Of a stretch of 64,000 nucleotides of DNA, positions 9,501 to 18,769 are shown in pieces. This stretch comes from an uncultured Alphaproteobacteria bacterium. Lineage in GTDB: Bacteria; Electryoneota; RPQS01. The position numbers were made by a program, and so were the translations under genes. The notes below the pieces were generated by a model. It ran no database searches, had not been told where the DNA came from, and was given only the letters and a program-made list of their open reading frames with translations. The stretch covers positions 115,508-179,507 of the forward strand of contig CAZPKG010000001.1 of assembly GCA_964587105.1 (NCBI GenBank). The letters run 5' to 3'. Position 1 is the stretch's first letter; every line of letters begins with the position of its first letter.

Positions 9501-11435
9501 ACTGCCGGGCGGAGAAATCTGCACAATTCCTTCGGAGAAGGGAGATTGTTGAATTGTAAGTGTCGAGACTGAATTGAGTCCAGAGACGTTTTCAAGAGTG
9601 AGATTTTCCGGATAGAGCCCGGCCTCGAGATTCAAAACAACAGGACCGTCCACACCGCGATGATTGAGTTCATTCAGCGCAGTTGAGAGCGTCGGGAAAT
9701 CCGCACCGAAGCCACCGATCTGATAGGTTCCTGACATCGGAAGGCCCGTGACGGCAAGATTAAAGGCGACGGCGTTGTCGGAGGGATTTGCGTCTGTGCC
9801 GAGAATGGTTTCAACAATTAGCTCGGAGGTCGTATGAGCCGAATCGGTGCTCCACAGAAGCAAAAAGGTGTCGGCTTGCGAGGGGATTAGACTAATGAGC
9901 GCTTCTGCGCGTGCGGTATCGTCGTAAGTTAATCTTAAGGGCAGATCGAGAACAGGCGAAGAACCGCGATTTTGCACGACAACTTCGAGCCGAAGGAGAG
10001 AATACTCGGGAAATGACTGTGGCATTCCGAGCACATTGAGAATTGCAACGTCGGAGGCCGGCGCGTCAAACAAGTATTCATCGGCCCCGATGTCCGGTGG
10101 TTGAAAGCGGAGTTGACCGTCAATATCTGACGTCACGTCCAAAGCAACCGCGCCATTCTGATGAGGAAGGGCGGACGATTGCTGGAGATGCAAATCGGAA
10201 TTTGATACAAACAGCGGATTGCCGGAATAGCTTGACAAATCGAGTCCGGTTGTTTGCCATTCGGCAAGTGTCGTAAACGGATTAATCAACCATCCAACTT
10301 TGTAGGCCGTTCCCGTGCCGTAGAAGAGATTGTTGTTGGACACGATCGGCGCGGCTTGAGTCAGCATGAAGGCGTTGTAGGCGGGGCGGGTGGCTTCCTG
10401 ATTCGCCAAAATATTGTTTAGCAAAGTCAAGCTGGCATCAGGCGCAATCAAACCGTTATAGAGTGAGTAGGCCGTGCCCGTTGCCGCGACGTCATTGACC
10501 AGAATGCTATTGTTGACAAGGCGATTTTGACCGCCGGAAACGAAGATTGCCCGGACTTGTGACGAGCCGGTGTTTTGGAAACCGTAGATGAAATTATTGC
10601 TTGCTTGCAGGAAGGCTTGAGAGGAAAGCGGATTATGGCGAATGGCGACGGCGTAGCCGCTGCCGGTTTTGATTTGCGAGAGACTGTTGCTGATGACCAA
10701 AACGCTGTCGGACGGGTTCTGCGTGCCTATGTTGACTGCCGTCGCGCCGCTGCCAAGACCGAGATTGGGTTTGATATCGCAGCCGGTGATTCTGCAAAGG
10801 GTTTGTCGAGAGACGCTAACGCCTTGCTGGACGCTGTCAATTACACAATTGACAATCGAATTGCCGAAAGCAGATGTGGAGTAGCCATCGAGAAAGACTG
10901 CATCTGACGCGCGGCGAATCGTGCAGCCGATGAGCGTTACGTTCTGGACGTCCGGGCCTAAAATTTCGACGGCACGGCTGGTAGAGCGGGCGGTGATGGA
11001 ACAACCAGTGAAAAGAAGATTAGCTGAGGAGCCCCAAATTCTGACGGCAGGTTGAACAACGGTTGGTGATTGGACATATATGTCCGAGAATTGCAAGTTT
11101 GCGCCATTAAAGACTTGCAAGGTCGGTAATGCGGTGTCCGCTGAAACCAAAGTGACGGGTCCTCCCTCAAACGGAGTGAGGGCAAGGGTGAAGCTCGATG
11201 AACCTGCGTAGTTGCCGATTGTGAACGGGCCGATCTGCTGGCCGGGTGTAATTGTTAGCTCTAAATCACCGTCGAGACCATAGTAGGCAACCGAGTCGAG
11301 GGCTTGGCTCAGAGACGAAAAATCCCCGTCGGTTCCCACGAGCAAACGGCCCGAAAGGAAAGCCCACGAGGAATTTGTGCAAACTACTACAAATATTAGG
11401 GTTATACCCCAAAAACGAGCTAACAAAATGTTCAT
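6549..11435 (-). CDS. Very large (1628 aa) secreted parallel beta-helix repeat protein with C-terminal FN3-like domain. Putative surface adhesin or polysaccharide-binding protein. No T9SS CTD.
   Basis: Signal peptide MNILLARFWGITLIFVVVCTNSSWA. Many tandem PbH1-type beta-helix rungs (recurring ...N(N/C)xI..N... motifs, SGN/NNS repeats). The C-terminus has an FN3-like ...LNWYPVNGASHYLIYG... segment. It ends ...NVRAE, without the YPNPFNP tail. Confidence 0.7.
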   Translation of the reverse strand: MNILLARFWGITLIFVVVCTNSSWAFLSGRLLVGTDGDFSSLSQALDSVAYYGLDGDLELTITPGQQIGPFTIGNYAGSSSFTLALTPFEGGPVTLVSADTALPTLQVFNGANLQFSDIYVQSPTVVQPAVRIWGSSANLLFTGCSITARSTSRAVEILGPDVQNVTLIGCTIRRASDAVFLDGYSTSAFGNSIVNCVIDSVQQGVSVSRQTLCRITGCDIKPNLGLGSGATAVNIGTQNPSDSVLVISNSLSQIKTGSGYAVAIRHNPLSSQAFLQASNNFIYGFQNTGSSQVRAIFVSGGQNRLVNNSILVNDVAATGTAYSLYNGLIAPDASLTLLNNILANQEATRPAYNAFMLTQAAPIVSNNNLFYGTGTAYKVGWLINPFTTLAEWQTTGLDLSSYSGNPLFVSNSDLHLQQSSALPHQNGAVALDVTSDIDGQLRFQPPDIGADEYLFDAPASDVAILNVLGMPQSFPEYSLLRLEVVVQNRGSSPVLDLPLRLTYDDTARAEALISLIPSQADTFLLLWSTDSAHTTSELIVETILGTDANPSDNAVAFNLAVTGLPMSGTYQIGGFGADFPTLSTALNELNHRGVDGPVVLNLEAGLYPENLTLENVSGLNSVSTLTIQQSPFSEGIVQISPPGSQPSVLLSNVSYVTIEGLILQGSGATLETMKIANNSHHNVIRNCHLACASQDQSSATTLLVSTGCSDNLFQQLDINTAYTGLRFEGASGQSSAGNIVRDCNISGVRTSIQASWQQNLLIENCSITAGFANAPSPCYGIRVLNLSPPDTVRVLNNRITQCLAAGTITAISAESGAGVLFAANNWIGDFNSLTSGAVVGLSATSGTALFYHNTVSIGDLLSSNITGISVSGTQTAASLLNNIIQITDPQAIARFIEWTGGVIAANHNLYDGPGTNTQFRFGHSNLDGDYQTLSAWSTATGQDSASTAAPAGFQSPVDFHLRPDAAGPSNRGLYIPAVAFDADGEPRDSTPDIGVDEFVYQAAVIDLAVQSVGIPWIPAPANTLQQLFSVVGNVGQSDITGAQATLYFNEDPVDSQLFSIAHGTEVELLWNWSSPEVELAYGSIRVSAFAPGDAVAANDSKSQSIVISGAPLSDSVFVGGSRSSFGTLAELSEHLRWRGIAGELYVLLGQQAHQGPLVLNAIPGADSLRHVIIESLDPIGTTITAANSEAVVLFHDADFIELRQLGITAEAGTAIGISLDNTSCNNVIDRCVVTGSGSGDLGTVGIRVSGSDCHGNTITGNTVSACYIGVSLTSANSQISHGNIVSGNDISDVYYGVWVDHQHEALISGNDIRPGSNVGPAGACYGVYIVQIGENGSLRVDGNKIHGFLDGNGPRTNRACGVYSAPGITSSVEIVNNFIYGYSQLTSLRSRGIYLSSGNHVVANNSIRLDDSPADNETSGVFVSTGTQHEIYNNCVMVYENDVPSYGLDIEVGADVISDYNCLWGNSTNFRFAGLGTQNYASLASWQATGQDAQSLNLHVSYISSTDLHIQPTDSTMFAQGIALQQVSTDIDGDSRPAVPCIGADEYVLQSVLTPPLGLSIAVTAGTEIQLNWYPVNGASHYLIYGATSFEQLELSPVELGSTTSTNWTWDFDADPNNLRFFNVRAE

Positions 11436-11766
11436 GCGGTCAGGTCATATCTTGCAACGGACATGCGAATCCTATTACACACACTTAAAGTAATACATCG
11501 GATTCGGTCTGACAAGGCCCCAGCAAAAAGTTTCAAAAAAAGTCTGTCCTTCAATCGGTTGCCAATTCACGACAGCCGACCCTACTCCAAGTTGAAATCT
11601 CAGTTGAGAAATTGCCAAAATATTCGTATTTTCGATCGTTAGTTCTGTATTTACAGTTGTTCGTGCGACGAATTGCGTGCGTCGCCACAATGCCGGAAAA
11701 TTAATCATTGCACAGATTGTCCAGCATGTCCAGAAGCGTGCCGGAATTTAGAAAGGAATTAGAGGT

Positions 11767-13278
11767 ATGGCAGTAGATATTAAGAAGACCTATACTGAGC
11801 TTGAAGACGAATTCAAACAGTACTCGACGCTGTCCGGTATTGCCGGTGTGCTTGGTTGGGATATGCAGGTCAACATGCCGCCCAAAGGGGCCGAGAAACG
11901 GGCCAATCAATTGGCGATGATCAGCGGATTGGCCCACGAGCGCCTGACTTCCCCGCGCATCGGTGAGATGTTGGCCGCGCTAAAGGGGGCTAACGGTGAA
12001 CTTGGTGAGGCCGAGAAGGCAAATATTCGGGAGATGTCGCGCGATTATGACCGTGCGACTAAGGTGCCGCAAGAATTGGTTGAAGAGCTTTCCCGTCAGG
12101 AATCTCTGGCCCACGAAGTTTGGGTGCGGGCACGCGAGAAAGCGGATTTCGGAATGTTCGCACCGGAGCTTGAGAAGCTTGTCGCATTGACGAAGAGGCT
12201 GGCCGACGCATACGGCTATCAGGGAACGCCGCTCAACGCGCTGATTGAAGGTTTCGAGCCGGGCGCCACGGTGGATTCATTGACGAAATTGTTCGATGAG
12301 GTCAAGGCTGTTACAGTTCCGCTGACGGAAAAGGTGATTGCTTCTCCGGTGAAGGCGAAATTCGATTTTGAAAAGAACAAGTTCGCCGCTGAAAAGCAAA
12401 AGGCATTTGGCGAAACGTTAATTGAGAAGATCGGCTTTGACAAGCAGGCTGGAAGGCTTGATACATCGGTTCATCCATTCTGCTCCGGCGGATTGGGCGA
12501 CGTGCGCTTGACGACACGGTACAATGAACATGCTCCGCAGCAGGCAATCTTCGGAATCATCCATGAGATGGGTCACGGGCTGTACGAGCAGGGCGTCGCA
12601 CCGGAAACGTATGGCACCCCGCTGTCGGAAGCTTTGAGTTATGGTCTGCATGAATCGCAAAGCAGAATGTGGGAGAATTACATCGGGCGGAGCCTGCCGT
12701 TCTGGAAGCACTTCTATCCCACGCTCAAGGCACAATTCAACAGCGAACTGGACGGCATGTCTGTAGAAGATTGGGTGCTGGCGGTCAACCACGTCGAGCG
12801 GAGTCTGGTGCGCGTCGAGGCAGATGAATTGACCTATGATCTGCACATTATTTTGCGCTTCGAGATTGAGCGCGATCTGTTTGCCGGACTGATTTCGGTT
12901 TCAGATCTGCCCGCCGTATGGAACAAAAAGATTGAAACCTATCTTGGTATCACCCCGCCGAACGACGGCAAAGAGGGCGTGATGCAGGACGTGCATTGGG
13001 CAGGCGGCAGTTTCGGTTACTTCCCGTCTTACAGTGTCGGCAACATCGCCGCCGGACAGTTGTGGAAGAAAATGAATTCTGATATGCCAAATATGAGCAA
13101 GCAGATAGAATCCGGTAATTTCAGTGAGATTCTGTCGTGGCTGCGTGAGCACGTCCATCATTTGGGCCGCCGCTATTCGCGCGATGAATTGCTGATGAAA
13201 GCGACCGGCAAGCCGCTGGGGACGGAGGGTTACCTAACCTACCTGACGGAGAAGTTCGGCACACTTTACAAACTCTAA
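11767..13278 (+). CDS. M32 carboxypeptidase (carboxypeptidase Taq family)
   Basis: HEMGH zinc motif (IIHEMGHGLYEQG), HESQS, DxRxxE, GxxQDxHW and IRxxADExTY signatures, and a length of 503 aa. Confidence 0.85.
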   Translation: MAVDIKKTYTELEDEFKQYSTLSGIAGVLGWDMQVNMPPKGAEKRANQLAMISGLAHERLTSPRIGEMLAALKGANGELGEAEKANIREMSRDYDRATKVPQELVEELSRQESLAHEVWVRAREKADFGMFAPELEKLVALTKRLADAYGYQGTPLNALIEGFEPGATVDSLTKLFDEVKAVTVPLTEKVIASPVKAKFDFEKNKFAAEKQKAFGETLIEKIGFDKQAGRLDTSVHPFCSGGLGDVRLTTRYNEHAPQQAIFGIIHEMGHGLYEQGVAPETYGTPLSEALSYGLHESQSRMWENYIGRSLPFWKHFYPTLKAQFNSELDGMSVEDWVLAVNHVERSLVRVEADELTYDLHIILRFEIERDLFAGLISVSDLPAVWNKKIETYLGITPPNDGKEGVMQDVHWAGGSFGYFPSYSVGNIAAGQLWKKMNSDMPNMSKQIESGNFSEILSWLREHVHHLGRRYSRDELLMKATGKPLGTEGYLTYLTEKFGTLYKL

Positions 13279-13290
13279 ATAGAGTATTTG

Positions 13291-13320
13291 AAGGGCGGCT
13301 TCGCCGCCCTTTGTTTTTCG
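13291..13320 (+). terminator. Rho-independent terminator AAGGGCGGC-ttcg-GCCGCCCTT-TGTTTTT
   Basis: 9-bp GC stem, tetraloop and T-tract immediately after the M32 stop. Confidence 0.75.
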
Positions 13321-13445
13321 CTCATGGATTTCTTACGAGATTTGTTTGATTGAGAGAGCGCTTGAGGGAACTTGGGTCGATTGACGTGACGGCAGTATGC
13401 CTGAGGAAGTCACGTACGGTCGGCTTAAAATATAAACGGAGAGTT

Positions 13446-15698
13446 ATGAAACGTCTCATTGTACTTGCCTTGATATTGACTTTGCCAATTTCAGCGGCGA
13501 TTGCCCGTGCTACTATTTCGGGCAAGATTAAGGACGCGGCCACGGGAGAATCTATTCCTGCGGTGGCGGTCGTTGTCGAAGGCGCTAATCGCGGCGCGGC
13601 GGCGAATGTGGAAGGGTTCTTTTCGATACCAAACCTTCAGCCGGGTGAATACACTCTGGTGTTTAGCTCTTTGGGCTACGAGGTTTTGCGAAAAGATGTG
13701 ACGATTGTGGATGGTCAGAGCCACAACATCGAAGTGAAGATGAAAGACGCGGCCTTGCAGTTCAAAGAGGTCGAGATTCTGGCAAAACGTGACCGCGAAC
13801 CGGAGTATGCACCCAAGGTCGCGCAGATCGAAGTGACGCCGCGTGAATTGCTAAGGCTGCCGCAGCTTGCCGAGCCGGATTTGTTCCGCGCGCTTCAGGC
13901 TACTGCAGGAATTTTGCCGTCGAGCGACTTCTCGGCTGAACTGAATATCTGGGGCGGTTCAGGTGATCAAAACTTGATCCTGTTGAACGGAATCAATGTT
14001 TACAAGCCGACGCACTTAGGTGGGTTGTTCTCCATCTTCAATATGGACGCCGTCAAAGACGTGAAGCTGATCAAGGGCGGTTTTGGTGCGAAGTACGGCG
14101 GCAGGCTTTCGGCTGTTGTGGACGTAGCCGACCGCGAAGGTAACCGCAACAAAGTTGAAGGCAAGGTCGGATTGTCGTTGTTGTCCTCGACCGGAATGTT
14201 AGAAGGGCCGTTGCCGCACGGTTCGTGGTTGGTGGCGGGTCGTAGAACATATATTGATGCCGCGACAAAGTTGTTTAAGAGTATGGACATCATTGAAGAT
14301 GAATTCCCGTATTACTTCTACGATTTCAACATCAAGGGAACGCGTGACTTTGCGAACGGAGACAGAATTTCTCCGTCAGGCTACTGGGGCGATGATATTT
14401 TACAGTTGACAGCAGGCACAGGAGACCGATTGAGGCTGAAGTGGGGTAATCGCACTTTCAGCGTCCCGTTTGTCCACATCTTCTCGCCGAAAATTTACTC
14501 GCATACGACGCTTGCGGGAAGTAAATTTTACGGAAGACAGAGATTCGAGTCGTCCGATTCGTGGTTTGAATGGAATAATGAAATCACGGACGTGACCGGC
14601 GAAACGGACTTCACGTATTACGCCAACGCGCGCAATACGATTGACTTCGGAGTCGAAGCGAAGTTCTTTGACGCATTTCTTGAGGGAATTTCTTCGGACT
14701 ATCTGTTTGGTCACAATGATTACAAGGGAAATATCCTGTCGTTCTACGGGTCGGATGACTACCGGCTTACGGACAAGTGGACGATTAGCCCCGGTCTTCG
14801 ATATGAACATTACAGCATCACCAAGTCGGATGAGGTGCTGCCGCGTTTAGCCGCCCGCCGTGATTTGGCGCCGGGAATGTACGTCAGCGGAGCGTGGGGT
14901 CTATATTCGCAATACTTGCAGCAGATGCGCGTGGGAGATCAAGAGTCGTTGTTTGATTCATATGCGCCTTTAAGCGACCGTTTCGGCATCGCGCGCGGTC
15001 AGCAGTTTGCCTTGTCGTTTGCAGATGACAGTTTGGGACAGTTCAAGGTAACAGGCGGCGCGTATTACAAGAATTTTCAAAACATCGTGCAGCTTGACGT
15101 GTTTGAAGCAAAGGATGACGGCGACACGGATTTGGAAGACTATGTACGGCCCGGCAAAGGGTATGCTTATGGAATGGACGTTACCATCGGCGGTACGTTT
15201 GGGAAGTATGACATGAGCCTCGGATATGGCTGGGGACGGACAAGGAGAATCTTTAAGGCCTTTGACACTTACGAACCAATCGACAATGGTTTGTCGTTCC
15301 CGGCTTTTTATGACCGGCAGAACAATACGAACTTGTTCATCAGCCGCAAAATCAGGAATCGAGGAAGCCTCGAAACCAGACTCAATTATCAGTCAGGTCT
15401 GCCGTTTACAAAGCCGGACGGAAATTATTCACCAGGTATTGATCTGCCTCCGCACTACTTTATGCCGGGAAGAACAAACGGTGAACGATTTGACGCGTAT
15501 GTCCGCGTTGACGTAGCTTACCGCCTACATTACGAATGGAGCTGGTGTACGTTCAAACCGTACATCGAAGTCATCAACATTTTGGGGCGCAAGAATCCGC
15601 TCAATATCTCGCCTGACTTGTCCACAAATCCGGTCAGCTTTGAGACAAACGGACAGTTGCCGTTTTTGCCGACATTTGGCTTCACTGCGGAGTTCTAA
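13446..15698 (+). CDS. TonB-dependent outer-membrane receptor with N-terminal CarbopepD_reg-like domain and plug
   Basis: Track ORF 13350..15698. ATG at 13446 is preceded by GGAGAG and gives the signal peptide MKRLIVLALILTLPISAAIARA. A carboxypeptidase-regulatory-like beta-sandwich (ISGKIKDAATGESIPAVAVVVEG...) is followed by plug motifs (NLILLNGINV..., IKGGFGAKYGGRLSAVVDV). The C-terminus is aromatic (...FTAEF). Confidence 0.7.
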   Translation: MKRLIVLALILTLPISAAIARATISGKIKDAATGESIPAVAVVVEGANRGAAANVEGFFSIPNLQPGEYTLVFSSLGYEVLRKDVTIVDGQSHNIEVKMKDAALQFKEVEILAKRDREPEYAPKVAQIEVTPRELLRLPQLAEPDLFRALQATAGILPSSDFSAELNIWGGSGDQNLILLNGINVYKPTHLGGLFSIFNMDAVKDVKLIKGGFGAKYGGRLSAVVDVADREGNRNKVEGKVGLSLLSSTGMLEGPLPHGSWLVAGRRTYIDAATKLFKSMDIIEDEFPYYFYDFNIKGTRDFANGDRISPSGYWGDDILQLTAGTGDRLRLKWGNRTFSVPFVHIFSPKIYSHTTLAGSKFYGRQRFESSDSWFEWNNEITDVTGETDFTYYANARNTIDFGVEAKFFDAFLEGISSDYLFGHNDYKGNILSFYGSDDYRLTDKWTISPGLRYEHYSITKSDEVLPRLAARRDLAPGMYVSGAWGLYSQYLQQMRVGDQESLFDSYAPLSDRFGIARGQQFALSFADDSLGQFKVTGGAYYKNFQNIVQLDVFEAKDDGDTDLEDYVRPGKGYAYGMDVTIGGTFGKYDMSLGYGWGRTRRIFKAFDTYEPIDNGLSFPAFYDRQNNTNLFISRKIRNRGSLETRLNYQSGLPFTKPDGNYSPGIDLPPHYFMPGRTNGERFDAYVRVDVAYRLHYEWSWCTFKPYIEVINILGRKNPLNISPDLSTNPVSFETNGQLPFLPTFGFTAEF

Positions 15699-15701
15699 AC
15701 C

Positions 15702-16538
15702 ATGAAATACATATCATACATAATGCTGGCATTGTTCAGCACCATTTTGTTTTCGGCCTGTGACGATGAAGCTCCGGTTGAGTATGACGAGCAGATCGTT
15801 GTAGATGGTTTTCTGTGGATTGGGCATCGTTTGGAAATTAGTTTGACGAAGACCGTGCCGTTTGGTACGGCGTATTACGAAGATTCCGTCAAGGTAGGCG
15901 GTGCACAGGTTTTTGTCACGGTTGACGGTGTTACGCATGAATTGACGGAAGCGATATCTGGAATTGAAGGGACTTATGCTGCACCGGATTCAGTGCATAC
16001 TGTTGCAACGGGCAAGCGGTATGACTTGCTGGTAACCAAAGACGGTGACACGCTACGGGCGCACACTACAGCGGTTGCTCCGTTGACAATTACTCAATCA
16101 GTGCTGATGAATACCAACGGCGAAGTCACTGATTCTGCTCCTGATACACTTGAGTATGGTGGAGACGCGTTGCATCTGAAATGGACAACGGATCCTTTGA
16201 ATTTTGGCTATGCAATTTTGATTGAGAGTTTGGAAGAGGGGAAGTACGGCGAATCATGCGACTTCGGTGATGATAACGGCCCCGGAACCTACTTGTTTGT
16301 ATGGAGTACACGGTACATTGAAGAGATGGACCTGCCGTGGATCTCATTGTGCTATTCAGGACCAACACAGGTTCGCGTGTTCTCGTGCGATTCAAGCTGG
16401 TGGAATTTCGTTTCCACGATTTTGACCGGCGAAATCCGGAATGATCCTGTGTCGAACATTGAAGGCGGCAGGGGTGTTTTCTGCGCGGTTGGCGTGGACA
16501 CGTTTCAGGTTGCTGTGACTGACACTCTCGAAGACTAG
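15702..16538 (+). CDS. Lipoprotein of unknown function (possibly DUF4249-like partner of the TonB-dependent receptor)
   Basis: Lipobox LFSAC. It lies 3 nt after the receptor gene. A receptor plus DUF4249 pairing is common in FCB genomes, which I recall but did not verify. Confidence 0.5.
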   Translation: MKYISYIMLALFSTILFSACDDEAPVEYDEQIVVDGFLWIGHRLEISLTKTVPFGTAYYEDSVKVGGAQVFVTVDGVTHELTEAISGIEGTYAAPDSVHTVATGKRYDLLVTKDGDTLRAHTTAVAPLTITQSVLMNTNGEVTDSAPDTLEYGGDALHLKWTTDPLNFGYAILIESLEEGKYGESCDFGDDNGPGTYLFVWSTRYIEEMDLPWISLCYSGPTQVRVFSCDSSWWNFVSTILTGEIRNDPVSNIEGGRGVFCAVGVDTFQVAVTDTLED

Positions 16539-16578
16539 CTACTTGCTGAGCGATACTTCAAATTAGCATTGATGTTTT

Positions 16579-16614
16579 GATACCCCCTTAAAGTATAAGG
16601 GGGTATCTTTTTAC
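16579..16614 (+). terminator. Rho-independent terminator GATACCCCCTT-aaagtata-AGGGGGTATC-TTTTT
   Basis: Perfect 10/11-bp stem followed by a T-run, downstream of the lipoprotein gene. Confidence 0.75.
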
Positions 16615-16643
16615 TTGACTTTTCTGAAGTTTCGCTCTACATT
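16615..16643 (+). promoter_or_regulatory. Sigma70-like promoter TTGACT-N17-TACATT for the first BNR/T9SS paralog
   Basis: -35 at 16615-16620, 17-nt spacer, -10 at 16638-16643. The whole promoter and UTR is duplicated almost base-for-base upstream of the second paralog at 18699..18727. Confidence 0.55.
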
Positions 16644-16692
16644 CAGGAAACTTGGAATTTGGGTCCCATATTTTACTCCGCGGAGGTGTCCC

Positions 16693-18612
16693 ATGGAGCG
16701 GCGCGTTATTTTGGTCTTGATGATTGTTTGTTCAGTATTTACGAGTGCATTTGCGAAAAATGCCAAAGATCGTTTGGTTGGGCCGGCGGCAACGACAGGT
16801 TTTGAATCGGTTTCTGCGGCAAGTGTGCAGAGGTTGCCGGGAAGTCCTCTGGATACAGAGGGCGGTACCGAAAACTCAACTTATGCTGTTGTTGGTACAA
16901 CTTGGTATGACTACCAAACCAACGGCACGAACGGCAAGCAGATTGCAGTTGATCCGACTGGAAAAGTACATGTGGCTTGGACGAATGGAGAGCAAGATGG
17001 CTCGGCCGAACGTCATGTTTATTACAACGTGTGGGATCCTGAGCTTGGAAGCTTCATGTTTAATGGCGGTGTGCGCGTGGATGCCGGATCGCGCGCGGGA
17101 TTTGCCAACATTGCGGCGGCTGCGAACGGATTTGGTTTCCCGGCATTTCACGAGGTAGCGATTTCGCTGCCGCATGCGACGGCATCAATTGACTTCTTGC
17201 CTACCAGCGGTGCGTTTACGGGGTTCGAGGTTCCTTATCCGGCAGGCGAACCGCAGATTATCTGGCCACACATTGATATGGATATCAACGGCAAGATTCA
17301 CATGGTCGCGACGGAGAGTGGCGGGGCTTCAGCAGACTATTATGCGCGCGGAGTGCCGCAGTATGACGGCGGATTTGGTTTGGAAATTGTCTGGGAGCAA
17401 GGTTTTGATACCCCGTTTGTCGATGCGACATTTATCACGATGGATGTGGCGTGCTCACGCTCGAGTGAAAAGGTTGCCGTGGCGTGGATTGCCGATCCGG
17501 TTGGTGACCATGATAGCGAGAACATTTGGATGAAAGTCTCGGACGACGGCGGCGAGTCGTGGGGCGATGACATTCCTGTTACAAACATTCCGCCGATTGA
17601 TACCATGTGCGTGATTAACGGCGGCGATTGGATTACCTGCAATGCGGATACGTTCCGTCCGTGGGTGGATTTGTCGATTATCTTGGATGATCAAGACAAC
17701 GTACACATTGCTTATACGGCGCAGGCGTCGTTCTATTTTGATGAAACGGGTGCTGCGAATCCGGCCGGTTACGTCTATGCGACGTTGTGGCACTGGGGCG
17801 AAGATCGTAGAGAATTTAGCTTGATTAATCAGGCTTATTTTGCTAACGACTCCGTCGCACTCGGCGTGAATAATTTGATGTGTCATCGTCCCAGTTTGGC
17901 GATTGATACGACAACGGACTATCTGTATTGCTCGTTCCAGCAGTTTGACCAGCACGCTTACAGCGACGCGGGCTATCCGATGGGTGAATTTTATATGACG
18001 GTTTCGACGGATAACGGACAGACGTGGGCGGTTGCTACAAATGTGAGCAACACGCCGGGTGAGCCGAATCAGGTCACAGGCGAAGACCCGAGTGAACGCG
18101 ATATTACTACTGCGAAGTATGTGACCGACGGTATCATTCACACGATGTACCAGCACGATTACGCGGCAGGCAGCGCGGTGGCGTCGAGCGGTCCGGAAGG
18201 TCCGACGAGTTTGAACGAGATGATTTACATGCAGATTCCGGTTGGTGATATTCCGACGGAGCCGCGGCAGGAAATCTGGGCGTTCCGTGCGGACTCGACC
18301 GGTTTCCCGCAGATTGAATTGGCCGAAGAGCGTGCTGAATTGCCTGCGGGTTTCATGCTGCATCAGAACTATCCGAATCCGTTTAATCCGACGACGAACA
18401 TTCAGTTTGATTTGGCGAAGGCCGCGAATGTCAGATTGACTGTGTTTGACGTGACGGGTCGTGAAGTTGCGACTTTGATCAATAATGAAACTCTGGGCGC
18501 CGGAGTTCACACGGTGAATTTTGACGGGACAGGATTTTCCAGCGGCGTCTATTTTACGAAGCTTGAGATGGGCGGAACTTCTATGACGCGGAAAGTGGTT
18601 TTGTTGAAATAG
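16693..18612 (+). CDS. BNR/Asp-box repeat (sialidase-fold-like) secreted protein with T9SS CTD
   Basis: Start ATG at 16693 after GGAGGTGTCCC. Signal peptide MERRVILVLMIVCSVFTSAFA. Asp-box motifs SDDGGESW and STDNGQTW. C-terminal YPNPFNPTTNIQFDL...VYFTKLEMGGTSMTRKVVLLK. Confidence 0.7.
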   Translation: MERRVILVLMIVCSVFTSAFAKNAKDRLVGPAATTGFESVSAASVQRLPGSPLDTEGGTENSTYAVVGTTWYDYQTNGTNGKQIAVDPTGKVHVAWTNGEQDGSAERHVYYNVWDPELGSFMFNGGVRVDAGSRAGFANIAAAANGFGFPAFHEVAISLPHATASIDFLPTSGAFTGFEVPYPAGEPQIIWPHIDMDINGKIHMVATESGGASADYYARGVPQYDGGFGLEIVWEQGFDTPFVDATFITMDVACSRSSEKVAVAWIADPVGDHDSENIWMKVSDDGGESWGDDIPVTNIPPIDTMCVINGGDWITCNADTFRPWVDLSIILDDQDNVHIAYTAQASFYFDETGAANPAGYVYATLWHWGEDRREFSLINQAYFANDSVALGVNNLMCHRPSLAIDTTTDYLYCSFQQFDQHAYSDAGYPMGEFYMTVSTDNGQTWAVATNVSNTPGEPNQVTGEDPSERDITTAKYVTDGIIHTMYQHDYAAGSAVASSGPEGPTSLNEMIYMQIPVGDIPTEPRQEIWAFRADSTGFPQIELAEERAELPAGFMLHQNYPNPFNPTTNIQFDLAKAANVRLTVFDVTGREVATLINNETLGAGVHTVNFDGTGFSSGVYFTKLEMGGTSMTRKVVLLK

Positions 18613-18627
18613 TTTTAGGCGGTCAGG

Positions 18628-18646
18628 GGCACCCGCAGCGGGTGCC
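18628..18646. repeat. Palindrome GGCACCCGC-A-GCGGGTGCC (second copy of the 391..417 element), 16 nt 3' of the BNR gene stop
   Basis: Read from the sequence. It shares the core GGGGCACCCGC-N-GCGGGTGCC with 391..417. No U-tract follows. Confidence 0.55.
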
Positions 18647-18673
18647 GCCGCGAAATCTGTAGATTTGTCACAC

Positions 18674-18700
18674 AAGCACCTCCGGATAACGGAGGTGCTT
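18674..18700 (+). terminator. Hairpin AAGCACCTCCG-gataa-CGGAGGTGCTT abutting or overlapping the -35 of the next promoter
   Basis: 11-bp perfect stem. It is positioned to insulate the second paralog's promoter from read-through. Confidence 0.45.
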
Positions 18701-18727
18701 GACTTTTGTGGAGTTTCGGTCTAAATT
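18699..18727 (+). promoter_or_regulatory. Duplicated sigma70-like promoter TTGACT-N17-TAAATT for the second BNR/T9SS paralog
   Basis: It aligns with 16615..16643: TTGACTTTT(C/G)TG(A/G)AGTTTCG(C/G)TCTA(C/A)ATTCAG ... GGGTCCC ... GGAGGTGTCCC(A/G)TG. Confidence 0.55.
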
Positions 18728-18769
18728 CAGAGCATGGGTCCCGCGTTCATTTTTCACTGGAGGTGTCCC

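Noticed and set aside
11436-11766. Small ORFs 11475..11708 and 11701..11937 (minus) in the divergent intergenic region
   Set aside because: They are short, lack an RBS, and one overlaps the M32 start. The region is better treated as a divergent promoter. It contains one small hairpin (GCGACG-aattgcgtg-CGTCGC), which is not compelling.
17455-18675. 406-aa Arg-rich minus-strand ORF
   Set aside because: It is antisense to the BNR/T9SS gene. Its extreme Arg/His content is typical of a wrong-frame translation of GC-rich DNA.
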